Assembly (NCBI GenBank): GCA_038247415.1
Contig: JBBRUX010000018.1
Span: forward strand, 1 to 64,000
Direction of reading: 5' to 3'
Source of the DNA: Chitinivibrionales bacterium
GTDB taxonomy: Bacteria > Fibrobacterota > Chitinivibrionia > Chitinivibrionales > WJKA01
DNA length: 64,000 bases
Part shown: one piece after another, positions 9,885 through 20,844 of the stretch
Layout: each line of letters begins with the position of its first letter
Numbering within the stretch: the stretch's first letter is position 1
Notes under the pieces: model-generated
Told to the model about the DNA's origin: nothing
Databases searched by the model: none
The model's input: only the letters and a program-made list of their open reading frames with translations
Program-made: the position numbers and the translations under genes

Positions 9885-10829
9885 ATGGCATTAAAAGCTC
9901 TTTTTACAACACTTGCAATTTCACTGGCACTCAATTCGACCGTGCAAGGCGCAGAATTCAAAACGCTCTCCGGAGAACTGCGCGATACATTGCACGCATC
10001 TCAAAACCCCTACCTGGTTACCAGCATAATTGTTGTCCCTTCTGGAGAAACAGTGATTTGTGAAGCGGGCGTTGTTTTGCTCTTTAAGGCTTTCACCGGT
10101 TTACAAATTCAGGGACAATTTCTTTCAGAGGGAACAGAAGAAAGCCCCGTTGTTTTCACTTCGGAAAATGACAAGGTTTTTGTGCCAACTTCAAAAATTA
10201 GTGCAGCATCATACGATTGGGATGGCATTTCAATTGACGAAGCTTCTCTGGGGACAAAATTTCACCACACAAAAATACAATACTCACTCTATGGTATAAA
10301 CGCTCTTAACGATCGATTTGAGCTTGATTCCTGCATCTTTACAGACAATGGAAAATCTGACTTGGTCATAAAAGGCAAAAAGCAAATTAAGCAAAAAGGC
10401 CCCGTTTCCTATAACCCCACGCCAGTCGTTGCAGCTTTGCCAAATACTGAACTACAACCAATCGTTCAAACATCACCTCCACAAGAGTTTACAGATACCA
10501 ATAATAATCAACAAAAGTTATCAACGCCTTTGATACCCGCGAAAAAAACTTCATCCGGAAAAACATTTTTCCGCATTGCAAATGGGTTGCTAATTGGAGG
10601 TGGCGGGGCTTTAGGAGTCTATGAATACTTGAATTATCAAAAGTCACAAAGAGCATTTGCTGCAATCAATGATACGACTAATACCGCACATAATGGGAGT
10701 GCAAAAGAACAAGCCGATCGGTGGAACAATGCGTATCATCAAAAAAATCAAGATTTTATAGGCACACTCGCAGGTTGCGGCATTGCTGTGCTAGGGCTCA
10801 TAGGTTTTACATTAACATTTGTTTTTTAA
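9885..10829 (+). CDS. Exported protein with short beta-helix domain and C-terminal hydrophobic segments
   Basis: Signal peptide; GTEESPVVFTS...WDGI motif; Pro/Thr linker; two Gly-rich hydrophobic helices. Confidence 0.65.
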   Translation: MALKALFTTLAISLALNSTVQGAEFKTLSGELRDTLHASQNPYLVTSIIVVPSGETVICEAGVVLLFKAFTGLQIQGQFLSEGTEESPVVFTSENDKVFVPTSKISAASYDWDGISIDEASLGTKFHHTKIQYSLYGINALNDRFELDSCIFTDNGKSDLVIKGKKQIKQKGPVSYNPTPVVAALPNTELQPIVQTSPPQEFTDTNNNQQKLSTPLIPAKKTSSGKTFFRIANGLLIGGGGALGVYEYLNYQKSQRAFAAINDTTNTAHNGSAKEQADRWNNAYHQKNQDFIGTLAGCGIAVLGLIGFTLTFVF

Positions 10830-10846
10830 CCAAAAGGATATTTATC

Positions 10847-13800
10847 ATGAAAATCGTTCATTTTTTTCGCGAAAAATTCGCACTAGTACTTCTTGTTCCG
10901 CTCTTGCTGGTGTGCACCGAACTCCAAAACCCCTATTTAATCACGGGCAAAGGCAATGTTACGGTAAACACACACGCGGTTTCCGCCGATTCTGCCATAT
11001 CAATTTTTTCTACCTTTTCTATTGTCATGGGGGTCAATAATCCCACCGATATAGCGTCTATTACTTTGATTTGCACGAACAATCGACTCTGGACAAACGG
11101 TGATACAACTCTGGTAGGAGACCTACTACTGCCTTCAATTCCATTGTCAATTTCTATCACCGATACCGGTGCTCAGAGCATTGTAATTACCACACGGTTT
11201 GTTGCAGGAGATAGCACCCAGGCAACAATCCCTTTTAGAGCACAATCGCCACTTTCGCAAGCCGATATATCCTGCGCTCCTGGAGACTCCATGCTCCTTT
11301 CAACCCCGCCAGTTCTCGACAAGGCCACGTATGTCTGGACATTCCCAAATGGGCAGATTATAGAGAGAGACACATCATTTTGTACAATACTTGCTCGCCA
11401 AGATTTCTCTTTTGGCTTTGGTACACTTTCTATTACGGTAGACTCTTTGAGCTCTATCATGGATACCTTTGGCGTTATTGTCAAAGATACAAAGGCACCG
11501 GTAATATCATTTGTTGCAGATAGTAGCATTGGTGATACCATACTTACCAGTTTATCACAATTTAAAATCAAGGTTATTATTAAAGATGGTTCGGGAGAAC
11601 TAAAAAACGTTTCTATCAATGGATTAGGATTTGATTCTATTCCCGCATCATCAACCGACAGCATATATTTAAAAACTATAACCAACCTCGACACTTCACA
11701 TGCTCCATTACCCATTGTTATAAGCGCCGAAGATCGAGCCGGCAACATTGCAACCGATACCATTTATATACGCTACGACAAACAAATCATTTCCATAGTT
11801 ACCCCCCAAATCATATTTGCAGTGCCAGCAACCGACACCTTGACAATTGGAGATTCCTCCCTAATCCTTAGGGGAACTGTGATAAAAATGGATCAGTACG
11901 ACTCGCTTTATCTGTATATTCAAAAAAATTCAACCTTTATTGCACATTCAATTATTATCCAGAAAAGCAACCCAGTTTTTTCATTCCCTATCACCGTATT
12001 AAGCGGATTAACAACTATTTCTGCAGTGGTTTCCCGGTCTGCTGCACAGGGTGCAGATAGTTTAGCGGCATCTTCACGTACACTTATTTATACACCTGGG
12101 GTTCTCGATAAAACGCCCCCCATCATTGCATCTGTTAAGCACAACGGAAAGGATATTTCCGGATCTTACACTGTCGACTCATCATCCATTTCTCTTACGG
12201 TAACAGCATTTGATGCAGGATCAGGCATTGCAGCGCTTTCAATGAATGGACAAGCTACAACTAAATCGACAGGAGAAACGTACAGCGCGCGAATTTCACT
12301 CACGCACAGTGCTGGTGGCAATACCATTTCCATAGTCGCCACCGATTCGGCCAATAATACAACAACCCAAAATGTGTCAATTATAAAAAACAGTCGACCA
12401 CACATTACAATGCTGCATACGCTATCCTACGCCCAAACAAAAACTCTCTTTGCAGATAGCATGAGAGCTGTTGACGTTGATGGCGACAATCTTTCGATGA
12501 AGGTTCAATTGACTTTAGCCAAACGAGACACGAGCATAACACTCTCTCCTAATGGCTTGTATTCTTTTACTCCTGATCCTGCCGACACTCTAAAACCTAT
12601 CGTGGGTAAAGTAAGTGTTTTTGATGGATACACTACAATAGATTCAACATTTATAATTGTAGTGCAACCACCGTTGGTAATACCAGTTCCTCAAGCCCGT
12701 TTTACTATCACTGCTGCTAATTTTCCCGAATCACTTATGGTAGCACGTGATTCACTGAGAAAAGTGCTTTCTATCAATCAGTCTAATGCCGGGGGCAAAT
12801 ATCTCTTTAGCGCGCGTATTGTAAAAAGTAATACGGTTCTTCTGAATAATACCCTCGATAGCGTTCTTAGGTATATTCCAACCATTGCTGATACGGGTGC
12901 CCAAACACTTGAACTTGTAATTAAAAGTGATCTAACTCATTCGGATACCGTGCGTGTACCACTCAGGATTGTTATGCCACCTCCTGTTATAACCGTATCA
13001 TTTGACAAGAATCTCTATTCTGGGTTAGAACGTAATAGTTTGTGTACGCTTACCCTTGCTGCCTCACTCCCTTTGCGAACACCTACACGGATACTTTTTG
13101 ATATTGCGTCAACGTCAACTGCAAAAGCTCTCATCAATTACAAGGCGCCAGACTCACTCGCCGTAACTCTTAACGCCGGTTCGCAAAAAGGGCTTATCAT
13201 TTTTACTTTGCTTCGAGATAATTTGGTAAATGGCACCAAGACCATTGACTTCCGGCTTCTATCTGCTCCGAATGGGGTTTTGCTCGGAATTCCTTCAACC
13301 GCAACGTATTCAATTATTGATATTGATACCAATGTAGTCAAGCCAGATACACCATCGGTCTCTTTTGTTAAAACCGATTCGAGTGGCGCTGAGACAAACA
13401 CAACCATTACTGTTGGTATTGCGCTCTCAAAAAAAGCAACAGCTTCAGGATCTTTTACTATCAAAGCGGCTGGAAGTGCAACCCGAAGGCTTGACTATAA
13501 TATTCTGGATAGCGCTATAGCATTTGTTGCTGGAGATTCTATTAAGCCAATTCGATTACAGATTTTAGATGACACCCTCTGCGAGTCAGCAAATGAAACT
13601 ATTATTCTCTCGATTGCCACAACCGGCATGCTCAAACAAGGTATCAATAAGAATTATGTATATACCATTTTGCCAAGCGACACTCAGAAATGTAACAAAA
13701 ACATTACTATGATTTACGGCGTTGGAACAAAATACAAATCAGATTCGCTGATTGTCGATTCACTCAAATCATGGGGATTTTATGTAACACGTCTTAGTAG

Positions 13801-14302
13801 CGATAACATATCAGCTTCAGGAGTATTTGGAGCCAATTTGATTTTTGTCTCGCAGTCTGTTGCCGGCCCACTTAACTCAAACAATATCTACGATACTGAC
13901 ATTCCACTTGTATGCGCCAATAGCGAAGATTACGTAAAATGCGGATTTGCGAAAGCTGCGGATACTGGTAGCGCAAAAGTTTCTCAATGCAAAATTATGG
14001 CCGGAAATCCAGTCTTTTCGCCCTACACTTCGGACATAGCTGTTAGACTCTCTGTAGATGTCGCTACGTATCCGTTAATCAATCTACCTACCAAGGGCAT
14101 CATTGTGACCCAAAAAGTTACCGATTCTTCGAGAGCTGGCATTATCGCATTTTCACCAGGGATGTTTCTCGCAGACGGAAACGATTTAGTCGCACGACGG
14201 GGCACGTTCTCGATGGCGCACGAGGAAAATGGGCAAAGTGTCGTGTATCAACCACCCTTTTTCGATCTTCTTAAAAACGTAATTATCTGGACAAAAAATT
14301 AA
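10847..14302 (+). CDS. Large exported (lipo)protein with Ig-like and Calx-beta-like repeats
   Basis: Signal ending LLLVC; DTKAPVI and DKTPPII Ig starts; AEDRAGN, ATDSANN; two Calx-beta-like units; ATG 10847 with AAGGA. Confidence 0.75.
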   Translation: MKIVHFFREKFALVLLVPLLLVCTELQNPYLITGKGNVTVNTHAVSADSAISIFSTFSIVMGVNNPTDIASITLICTNNRLWTNGDTTLVGDLLLPSIPLSISITDTGAQSIVITTRFVAGDSTQATIPFRAQSPLSQADISCAPGDSMLLSTPPVLDKATYVWTFPNGQIIERDTSFCTILARQDFSFGFGTLSITVDSLSSIMDTFGVIVKDTKAPVISFVADSSIGDTILTSLSQFKIKVIIKDGSGELKNVSINGLGFDSIPASSTDSIYLKTITNLDTSHAPLPIVISAEDRAGNIATDTIYIRYDKQIISIVTPQIIFAVPATDTLTIGDSSLILRGTVIKMDQYDSLYLYIQKNSTFIAHSIIIQKSNPVFSFPITVLSGLTTISAVVSRSAAQGADSLAASSRTLIYTPGVLDKTPPIIASVKHNGKDISGSYTVDSSSISLTVTAFDAGSGIAALSMNGQATTKSTGETYSARISLTHSAGGNTISIVATDSANNTTTQNVSIIKNSRPHITMLHTLSYAQTKTLFADSMRAVDVDGDNLSMKVQLTLAKRDTSITLSPNGLYSFTPDPADTLKPIVGKVSVFDGYTTIDSTFIIVVQPPLVIPVPQARFTITAANFPESLMVARDSLRKVLSINQSNAGGKYLFSARIVKSNTVLLNNTLDSVLRYIPTIADTGAQTLELVIKSDLTHSDTVRVPLRIVMPPPVITVSFDKNLYSGLERNSLCTLTLAASLPLRTPTRILFDIASTSTAKALINYKAPDSLAVTLNAGSQKGLIIFTLLRDNLVNGTKTIDFRLLSAPNGVLLGIPSTATYSIIDIDTNVVKPDTPSVSFVKTDSSGAETNTTITVGIALSKKATASGSFTIKAAGSATRRLDYNILDSAIAFVAGDSIKPIRLQILDDTLCESANETIILSIATTGMLKQGINKNYVYTILPSDTQKCNKNITMIYGVGTKYKSDSLIVDSLKSWGFYVTRLSSDNISASGVFGANLIFVSQSVAGPLNSNNIYDTDIPLVCANSEDYVKCGFAKAADTGSAKVSQCKIMAGNPVFSPYTSDIAVRLSVDVATYPLINLPTKGIIVTQKVTDSSRAGIIAFSPGMFLADGNDLVARRGTFSMAHEENGQSVVYQPPFFDLLKNVIIWTKN

Positions 14303-14308
14303 TCTCAC

Positions 14309-14344
14309 AAAAAAAAGGCACTGTGTGTACCACAGTGCCTTTTT
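14309..14344. terminator. Bidirectional intrinsic terminator
   Basis: A8-GGCACTGTG-tgtac-CACAGTGCC-T5 between convergent genes. Confidence 0.9.
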
Positions 14345-14368
14345 AGAGATTTTAAAAAAGTCCAAAAA

Positions 14369-15748
14369 TCACGCCAAATCTTCTACCTCATCGTCTCCAA
14401 GCACTACCGCATATTCATGAAGTTTATTGCGCAATGTCCTAATTGAGATATCTAGCATTGCAGCCGTTTTTGTTCTGTTATTCCCGCATGCATTAAGCGT
14501 TGCAAGGATCAATTCTTTTTCTGCCAAGGCAATGGTCATTCCTGGTTTTACAATACCATGATCCCCATCAGTACCCAAAGATTTTCTTGCCCGTAATGCC
14601 AAAAGCGAAGGATCGATTGATCCCGACCGGGCAAGGACAACAGCTCTTTCGATAGTATTTTCGAGTTCTCTAATATTGCCCTGCCATGCATGCTCACCAA
14701 GAACCGCCAATGCTTCTGCTGTTAATACATCAACCGAAAATCCATTTTCATTATTAAATCGTTGCACAAAAAAATTGGCGAGCAGGGGAATGTCGGATTT
14801 TCTCTCTCGCAAAGGAGGTAGCTGTATATGAAAAACATTGAGACGATAATACAAATCTTCTCTAAAATTTCCTGCAGCTACTTCGCTTTCTAAATCGCGA
14901 TTTGTGGTTGCAATAATGCGCACATCAACAGCCACTGGAGTCTCGCCTCCAACATTATCGATCTCGTGTTCTTGCAAAACGCGCAATAATTTTGCCTGCA
15001 CCCCAGAAGGAAGCTCCCCAATTTCATCGAGCAGCAAGGTGCCCCCATGAGCAAGCTCAAATTTACCAAGTCGCCGTTTAATTGCACCAGTAAATGCGCC
15101 TTTTTCATGCCCAAAAAGCTCAGACTCGATAAGCCCCTCAGGTAGCGCGGCACAATTAATTTTCACAAAGGGGCCATTTGCCCTACGACTCTGGTAATGT
15201 ATCGAGCGTGCAATAAGTTCTTTACCCGTTCCGCTTTCGCCCGTAATCAACACCGTTGATTTGCTGTCGGCTATTTTTTCAACAAGGGTTCGCACTGCGG
15301 ATAAGCAATCGCTCTCGCCGATATAATTCCATTGTCCCTTAAGCGCACTACGGAGCTGCTTATTCTCCTTAACCAACCCCCGATACTCTAAGAGCCTCTC
15401 CACAGTCATTTCGAGCTCTACGGGCAAGCTATCAGATTTTTGCAGGTAATCGTTCGCCCCTTTTTTCATTGCATGAACCGCAGTTTCAACATCCCCAAAT
15501 GCTGTTATTATTAAAAAAGGAACTTCGGTATCAGATTGCCTGATTTTTTCGAGAAGTTGAACGCCTGACATTTGGGGCATTTTCATATCAGAAATCACGA
15601 GATCGAAAGTATCTTCTGCAAACTTGATAAGCGCTTCGGGCCCATTTTTAGCTGCGGTTAAATCGTAGCCACGTCGTCTGAGGATTTCAAGAATTGAATC
15701 CCTAAAGAGAGAATCATCATCAACAACCAGAATTTTTTTCTGTTCCAT
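14369..15748 (-). CDS. fleR: Sigma-54-dependent response regulator, FleR/FlrC-like
   Basis: REC (VVDDD, SDMKMP), Walker A GESGTGKE, GAFTGA, LLLDEIGE, Fis HTH ISIRTLRNKL. Confidence 0.85.
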   Translation of the reverse strand: MEQKKILVVDDDSLFRDSILEILRRRGYDLTAAKNGPEALIKFAEDTFDLVISDMKMPQMSGVQLLEKIRQSDTEVPFLIITAFGDVETAVHAMKKGANDYLQKSDSLPVELEMTVERLLEYRGLVKENKQLRSALKGQWNYIGESDCLSAVRTLVEKIADSKSTVLITGESGTGKELIARSIHYQSRRANGPFVKINCAALPEGLIESELFGHEKGAFTGAIKRRLGKFELAHGGTLLLDEIGELPSGVQAKLLRVLQEHEIDNVGGETPVAVDVRIIATTNRDLESEVAAGNFREDLYYRLNVFHIQLPPLRERKSDIPLLANFFVQRFNNENGFSVDVLTAEALAVLGEHAWQGNIRELENTIERAVVLARSGSIDPSLLALRARKSLGTDGDHGIVKPGMTIALAEKELILATLNACGNNRTKTAAMLDISIRTLRNKLHEYAVVLGDDEVEDLA

Positions 15749-15764
15749 ACATCCTCATAGGCGG

Positions 15765-17018
15765 TTAAACTTTTGACCGAGGCAAAAAAATCCGGATAGT
15801 GGTTCCCAAGCCTCGTTCACTGTCGACGGCGATATGCCCCGAATGGAACTCTATGAATTTCTTCACGATAGCGAGCCCCAAACCAGTACCGTTTTCTTTT
15901 GTAGTATAAAACGGATCAAAGATCTTTTCAAGCATTTCTTTTGGAATTCCCTCACCGGTATCAATAATACAAAAAGAAACATAGCCAGATCTCACCGAAT
16001 CGATTTCAATGCGAACCGTTAAAACGCCGCCCGAAGGCATTGCCTGGATCGCATTAAAACAAACATTCATGACTATCTGGTGCAACTTTTCGGGATCAGC
16101 TTCTACACAAATATCGCTACTGGCATCAAATTCCTTGCAAACCGTTATATTTTGACCCAAACGTTCGATCTCTATCTGAACAAAATCAGAAATTTCATCG
16201 AGCAAGCCACCCAGGGGAACAGGGCGAAGTTGCGCCTTAACAGGCCTGCTATACACGAGCAAATTTGAAACAATGCGATTAAGCCGTGCCAGGCCTTCAA
16301 TAATGCGGGAAAGTGTTTTGCGACGGCTATCAGCAGGATCGATATCTCGTTCCAAAAGACTAGCCCACATTCCCATTGCGCCAAGAGGGTTACGAATTTC
16401 GTGTGCTACCGTTGCAGCCATTTCTCCTAATGCGGCCATGGTTTTTGCATGTCGCATATCGGCTTCTAAAGCCTTAATCCTAGAAATATCAGAAAATATT
16501 TCGACTGCCCCAAGAGTACCGCCATGGTCATCGGCTAAAAGCGCTGTCTGATACGAGACGGGCACCGGATGCCCATCCTTATGCCAAATTACCTTTTCGT
16601 CGCGAGACAGTTCTTTCCCATTTGCAAGTACTGTAAGAACCGATTGTTCGGAAGCTGCTTCGCAGGTAAATACGTCCCGAAAAGATTTCCCTAAAGTTTC
16701 TTCTATCGTAAATCCTGTTATATCCTTAGCAGCCCGATTAAATTGTGTAATGGTGCCCATCACGTCTACGCCAATAACACCATTATTCATGCTGGCTAGG
16801 ATCGAATTGAGATATGTTTGAGTCTCTTCTTCTTTTTTAAGGCTTTCGGTAAGACGAGAATTGGTAGCCTCAAGCTCCAGATTCACGTTACGAAATTCAC
16901 TTTGCATCTGCGCATATGCTGTGGCAAGAAGATCGGCCCGTGATTGAAAATCTGCAAAGGCCTTGGTGAGTGCAGCAATCTCCTCGGGATGAGGAAGCAT
17001 CTGGATCGGCTCATTCAT
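15765..17018 (-). CDS. fleS: Cytoplasmic PAS sensor histidine kinase, FleS/FlrB-like
   Basis: N-terminal coiled coil AFADFQ...LATAY, PAS, H-box AHEIRNPL, DTGEGI, GTGLGL; no TM. Confidence 0.8.
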   Translation of the reverse strand: MNEPIQMLPHPEEIAALTKAFADFQSRADLLATAYAQMQSEFRNVNLELEATNSRLTESLKKEEETQTYLNSILASMNNGVIGVDVMGTITQFNRAAKDITGFTIEETLGKSFRDVFTCEAASEQSVLTVLANGKELSRDEKVIWHKDGHPVPVSYQTALLADDHGGTLGAVEIFSDISRIKALEADMRHAKTMAALGEMAATVAHEIRNPLGAMGMWASLLERDIDPADSRRKTLSRIIEGLARLNRIVSNLLVYSRPVKAQLRPVPLGGLLDEISDFVQIEIERLGQNITVCKEFDASSDICVEADPEKLHQIVMNVCFNAIQAMPSGGVLTVRIEIDSVRSGYVSFCIIDTGEGIPKEMLEKIFDPFYTTKENGTGLGLAIVKKFIEFHSGHIAVDSERGLGTTIRIFLPRSKV

Positions 17019-17022
17019 GCCC

Positions 17023-17415
17023 TTATGCAGTCCCCTTTCCAGCTGCGCAATCGAGGTACCGCTTGAGCTGCCCTTCGATTTCTAAAAATTGACGAATAAC
17101 AATCTCAATTTCTGATAATTTTGCATCGAACTCGCGCATACGCTGCGTAGGTTGTAACGTCGATTTAATGAGGGCATATTCCTGAATGGACGGGGCCATA
17201 CGATTCCGCTCGGTCTCGACAGCAAGAAGAATTTCCTGTTTGCGCGCCAAAGACACAAGAATAGGAGAGATATCTCCCCGAGAAAGGATAACTTTAGAGA
17301 GCGTTTTTTGAACTAATTCAACAAGCTTTAGATACAGTGCATGCTGCGTACAAAATGAATTAAAAATATCCTCTACCAATGCCTGTTCGGATGCAGAAGC
17401 AATGTGTAAACTCAT
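17023..17415 (-). CDS. Small helical protein, FlgN-like chaperone fold possible
   Basis: ATG overlaps upstream TGA (ATGA); all-helical; LARKQEILLAVE resembles FlgN; flagellar context. Confidence 0.5.
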   Translation of the reverse strand: MSLHIASASEQALVEDIFNSFCTQHALYLKLVELVQKTLSKVILSRGDISPILVSLARKQEILLAVETERNRMAPSIQEYALIKSTLQPTQRMREFDAKLSEIEIVIRQFLEIEGQLKRYLDCAAGKGTA

Positions 17416-19412
17416 TGCAATATTGCCTTGTATTCGTTTTCCCATACTGCATCGTCCAATTTCCACTGGGCTTGCTTTGCCCAATAGTCATCGGGCCATT
17501 GCTTAATAAGACCTTTGTATGCATCTACAGCTTCTTTATACTTTTTAAGGTTTTTATTGCAATTACCCATCTGGAACAGGCCCCACGGAGTGTCCTGATA
17601 CGAAGGATATTTCCGGGAGACTTTTGTATACAAGGCTAAAGCTTCCGTATATTTTTTCTCTTTATACCAGTAATCTGCTAGTTTATAGTATGAATCGGGA
17701 ACGCGAACGTATACCCCATTTTTCTCCCCGACGTCAGCAGCCTTTTCAAACGAACTAAGACCCATTTTACTATTCCCAAGTGTCATATACGTTAATCCGA
17801 GCTTGAACAGCGCAGATACCTGGTCAGATTTTGTGCGGCCCAAAGCTGCTGCCTGATTATATGCATCGATGGCTCTTGATTCCTGGTGTAAATCGCAATA
17901 AGCATCGCCCAATTTCATGTAAGCAGTTCCTACCCATGCATTTTTAGGATACTTCACGATAAAATCTCTGAGCACCTTCTCGGCAATCTGGTGGTTTTTG
18001 CGTTCAGCGTGCGTAATTCCTTTTAAAAAGAGCGCCGATGGAGCAAGTTGATGGGCTGGGAATCGGGTCAGCAACTGATCAAACTGGTTCTCTGCATTCT
18101 CCCACAAGTTCATTTTAGTATAGCTTACCCCTATATCATAAAGACATTGGGCAGTGACCTTTCCTGCGGGAAACGAGACCATAACCGAACGAAGCGATTT
18201 GATTGCATTGTCGTAATCGCCTTTTTTAAACTGCTTGACTGCAGCAAGCATAGCCTGGCCTGGGGCTGTAAGCGTATCGGCAATAGACATTGACAGCATA
18301 GAATCAATGGCAATTTCCAGTGGCGCATACGGGATATCGGGAATGATTTTTTCAACTTCTTTTTTAAGATCTCCTTCACCAATTTGCGCAATATTTACAG
18401 GCGGTTTTTTCTCTACACGTGGTATGGCCGCCTTCACTTCGCCTTTATAAAGCTCAATGAGGGATCGTGCACTTTCTTTACCTTCCTCATAGGAGGTCAA
18501 ATCTATGTATTCTTCGAGATGCTTAATTGCTGCAGGAAAGTCCCGATCTTCTGCGCAAATTTTGCCAAGATAATAATGGGCATTATACCCAAGTTCTGGG
18601 TAGGACATAGAACGTTCGAAATTGTACTTGGCCATTTTGTTTTGTCCCAAACGTCGCCTCAAGAGACCTGCATAATAATAAGCTCCGGCATGATTATGCG
18701 CTTGCGCCAGGCATTGCTGTATTGACTTAAGCGACTCATCCCATTTTTGCTCGCCATACAGCCTAACACCTTCCACAAAAGCTGCCTCGGCAGCAGTATT
18801 ATTTGTCAAAACCATTGGCTTTCGAGCCGATTTTTGCTCGGCAATAAGTTGTTCACTCGATTGTTTTTTTGCCATTTTCGCAGATTGAACAGTATCAGCT
18901 GGAGGTGGAGGTGCGGATTGAGCTGCTGCCATTTCTCCCTCTGGATTTTTTCCCGTAACTTTTCCAATAAGTTTATTGATCCAGGTTTGCACCGAATCGC
19001 GTTCGGCAGGATCACAGGTTTGCTGATAGAGCTGAAGTTCCATAATAGATTTCTGGAATTGCCCATCAGATTCAAATCCTTCCGCCAGCATTTTATGCGC
19101 CTTTCCCCAACCAGGGTTATAGCTCAGCGCTTTTTTAAGATTGTAAATAACAAGACGAGGTCGCCCTTGGTCGCGAGAAATTTCTGCCAAATGCATATAG
19201 GCATTATAATTATCTGGGTAGGCAGCCAATACTTTACGAAATTCTTCGGTTGCAGCATCATAATTTTTTTCGCGCTTGTATTTAATACCAAGCCGATAAT
19301 GAATGTAATCGTTTGTTTCATCGGCTGCATCTTGTGCAAACAGCAAAGAAGCGCAATAAAAAAGCACCATCGCAAACATAGTTATACTTTTTAAACAACC
19401 AGCAACCTTCAT
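17412..19412 (-). CDS. Periplasmic tetratricopeptide-repeat protein
   Basis: Signal peptide; many TPR units; YbgF/BamD-like C-terminal repeats (KYPS, QWPDDYWA). Confidence 0.88.
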   Translation of the reverse strand: MKVAGCLKSITMFAMVLFYCASLLFAQDAADETNDYIHYRLGIKYKREKNYDAATEEFRKVLAAYPDNYNAYMHLAEISRDQGRPRLVIYNLKKALSYNPGWGKAHKMLAEGFESDGQFQKSIMELQLYQQTCDPAERDSVQTWINKLIGKVTGKNPEGEMAAAQSAPPPPADTVQSAKMAKKQSSEQLIAEQKSARKPMVLTNNTAAEAAFVEGVRLYGEQKWDESLKSIQQCLAQAHNHAGAYYYAGLLRRRLGQNKMAKYNFERSMSYPELGYNAHYYLGKICAEDRDFPAAIKHLEEYIDLTSYEEGKESARSLIELYKGEVKAAIPRVEKKPPVNIAQIGEGDLKKEVEKIIPDIPYAPLEIAIDSMLSMSIADTLTAPGQAMLAAVKQFKKGDYDNAIKSLRSVMVSFPAGKVTAQCLYDIGVSYTKMNLWENAENQFDQLLTRFPAHQLAPSALFLKGITHAERKNHQIAEKVLRDFIVKYPKNAWVGTAYMKLGDAYCDLHQESRAIDAYNQAAALGRTKSDQVSALFKLGLTYMTLGNSKMGLSSFEKAADVGEKNGVYVRVPDSYYKLADYWYKEKKYTEALALYTKVSRKYPSYQDTPWGLFQMGNCNKNLKKYKEAVDAYKGLIKQWPDDYWAKQAQWKLDDAVWENEYKAILQ

Positions 19413-19452
19413 GAATACTCCTTAGCTATTAACAATTATAATACTTTGCACA

Positions 19453-20826
19453 TCAAGCATGAGCAGCCTTATCAAAAACAAGACGACCATCCACCAAACG
19501 GACAAAAAGGTTATTTTCGTCTTGATTAATTTCCCGTTCGGCATTTTCAAATTTAATAAGGGTTCCCGGATGGGCATTTTTAATTTTGATAAATGGTTCG
19601 GGAAATTGAGATAGTAATTCTTCGATGGATGCAATTTCGGTCTCTCGTTGATTTTGCGTCTCCACTAAACTTATTTTCGTATTTTGTAATTGCGCAATCA
19701 TCGCAATATTTGTTTGCGCAAGAACACCATCGGCATTCATGCCTTTAGATACCGTGTCAAACAGTTTTTGCTTTGTTGTTCCAATAGCAGTGGTGAGCTG
19801 CATAGTTTCTTTTAGCAGCGAATATTTTTTTGCAAGCAATTCGGCAGAACCCAAGATATGTAAACGAGTTCGCGTTTCGGCACTTGTTCCGCACGATGCT
19901 ACAACAATAGATATACCAGCGCACGTTAAGCCCCCTACAATATTCTTGGCTCCAATAGTCCTCTGCGCTTTAATGGTAGTATTAACAATATCTTCTGATA
20001 CAATCAGATCACATGTTTCTATTGTAAATCGTTCGACATGATGCAGTTTTAATGTTTTTCCGCATTTAATAACACCCTGATTGCCACCACTCACCCCTCC
20101 CCTGATCTCAATCGCACCCGTTGCACGAATCTTTGCATCTTCCACATTGCCCATAATGCATACATCACCGTCAACCTCGAGCTCAAATCCTGTGCGCACC
20201 GATCCCTTAACAACAATATCTCCTGCAAACGAAATATTCCCCGTGGTATAATCGATATCGCTTTCGATTACTTTTTCTGTTCTAATTTCAAAAATACCAT
20301 CTGTTCGCACCGTAAGGGCCCCATCCACGGCAGCAATAAGCAGATTAGTATCGCGATCTGAAATAGTTGTGCCTCTTCCCAAAGGCAACAAGGCATCTAC
20401 CATGCGCGCGGCAGGAATTATTGTACCAAAAATATTTTGCCCATCGGTACCTGGAATGGGAGGATTTCTCTTCACAAGTTCCATTCCTTTCCGAACCGCA
20501 ATCACATATTGAATTTCGCGATGGTCAACCCTCCCCCCAGCCACTATTTTAGGTTTCCCGCGAGATTCAAGGTCGATAAGCCCTTCGCAACGTCCTGGTT
20601 TGGGCTGCACCGGAGGAATTCCTGTGGCAACCTCTATTCTTGTAGCGAATATTTTTTCTGCAACTATTTTCTTGACCATTGCGGTAGATATGCCCACAAT
20701 AACACCATGAGCCGTTAAACAACTTAAAATATCTGCTTCAGAAGGGAATGCGTGCGTTGGATTATCCGCAATAAGGACAAACGCGTGCAAATTATCGGGA
20801 GTGTACATTACCGAACAGATACTCAC
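19453..20826 (-). CDS. fapA: DUF342 / FapA family flagellar assembly protein
   Basis: VATGIPP, GRVDHRE, DIDYTTGNISFAGDIVVKGSV, IVGG, C-terminal coiled coil, HPGT. Confidence 0.88.
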   Translation of the reverse strand: MSICSVMYTPDNLHAFVLIADNPTHAFPSEADILSCLTAHGVIVGISTAMVKKIVAEKIFATRIEVATGIPPVQPKPGRCEGLIDLESRGKPKIVAGGRVDHREIQYVIAVRKGMELVKRNPPIPGTDGQNIFGTIIPAARMVDALLPLGRGTTISDRDTNLLIAAVDGALTVRTDGIFEIRTEKVIESDIDYTTGNISFAGDIVVKGSVRTGFELEVDGDVCIMGNVEDAKIRATGAIEIRGGVSGGNQGVIKCGKTLKLHHVERFTIETCDLIVSEDIVNTTIKAQRTIGAKNIVGGLTCAGISIVVASCGTSAETRTRLHILGSAELLAKKYSLLKETMQLTTAIGTTKQKLFDTVSKGMNADGVLAQTNIAMIAQLQNTKISLVETQNQRETEIASIEELLSQFPEPFIKIKNAHPGTLIKFENAEREINQDENNLFVRLVDGRLVFDKAAHA

Positions 20827-20844
20827 AATACTTTTTCCTTCTCA

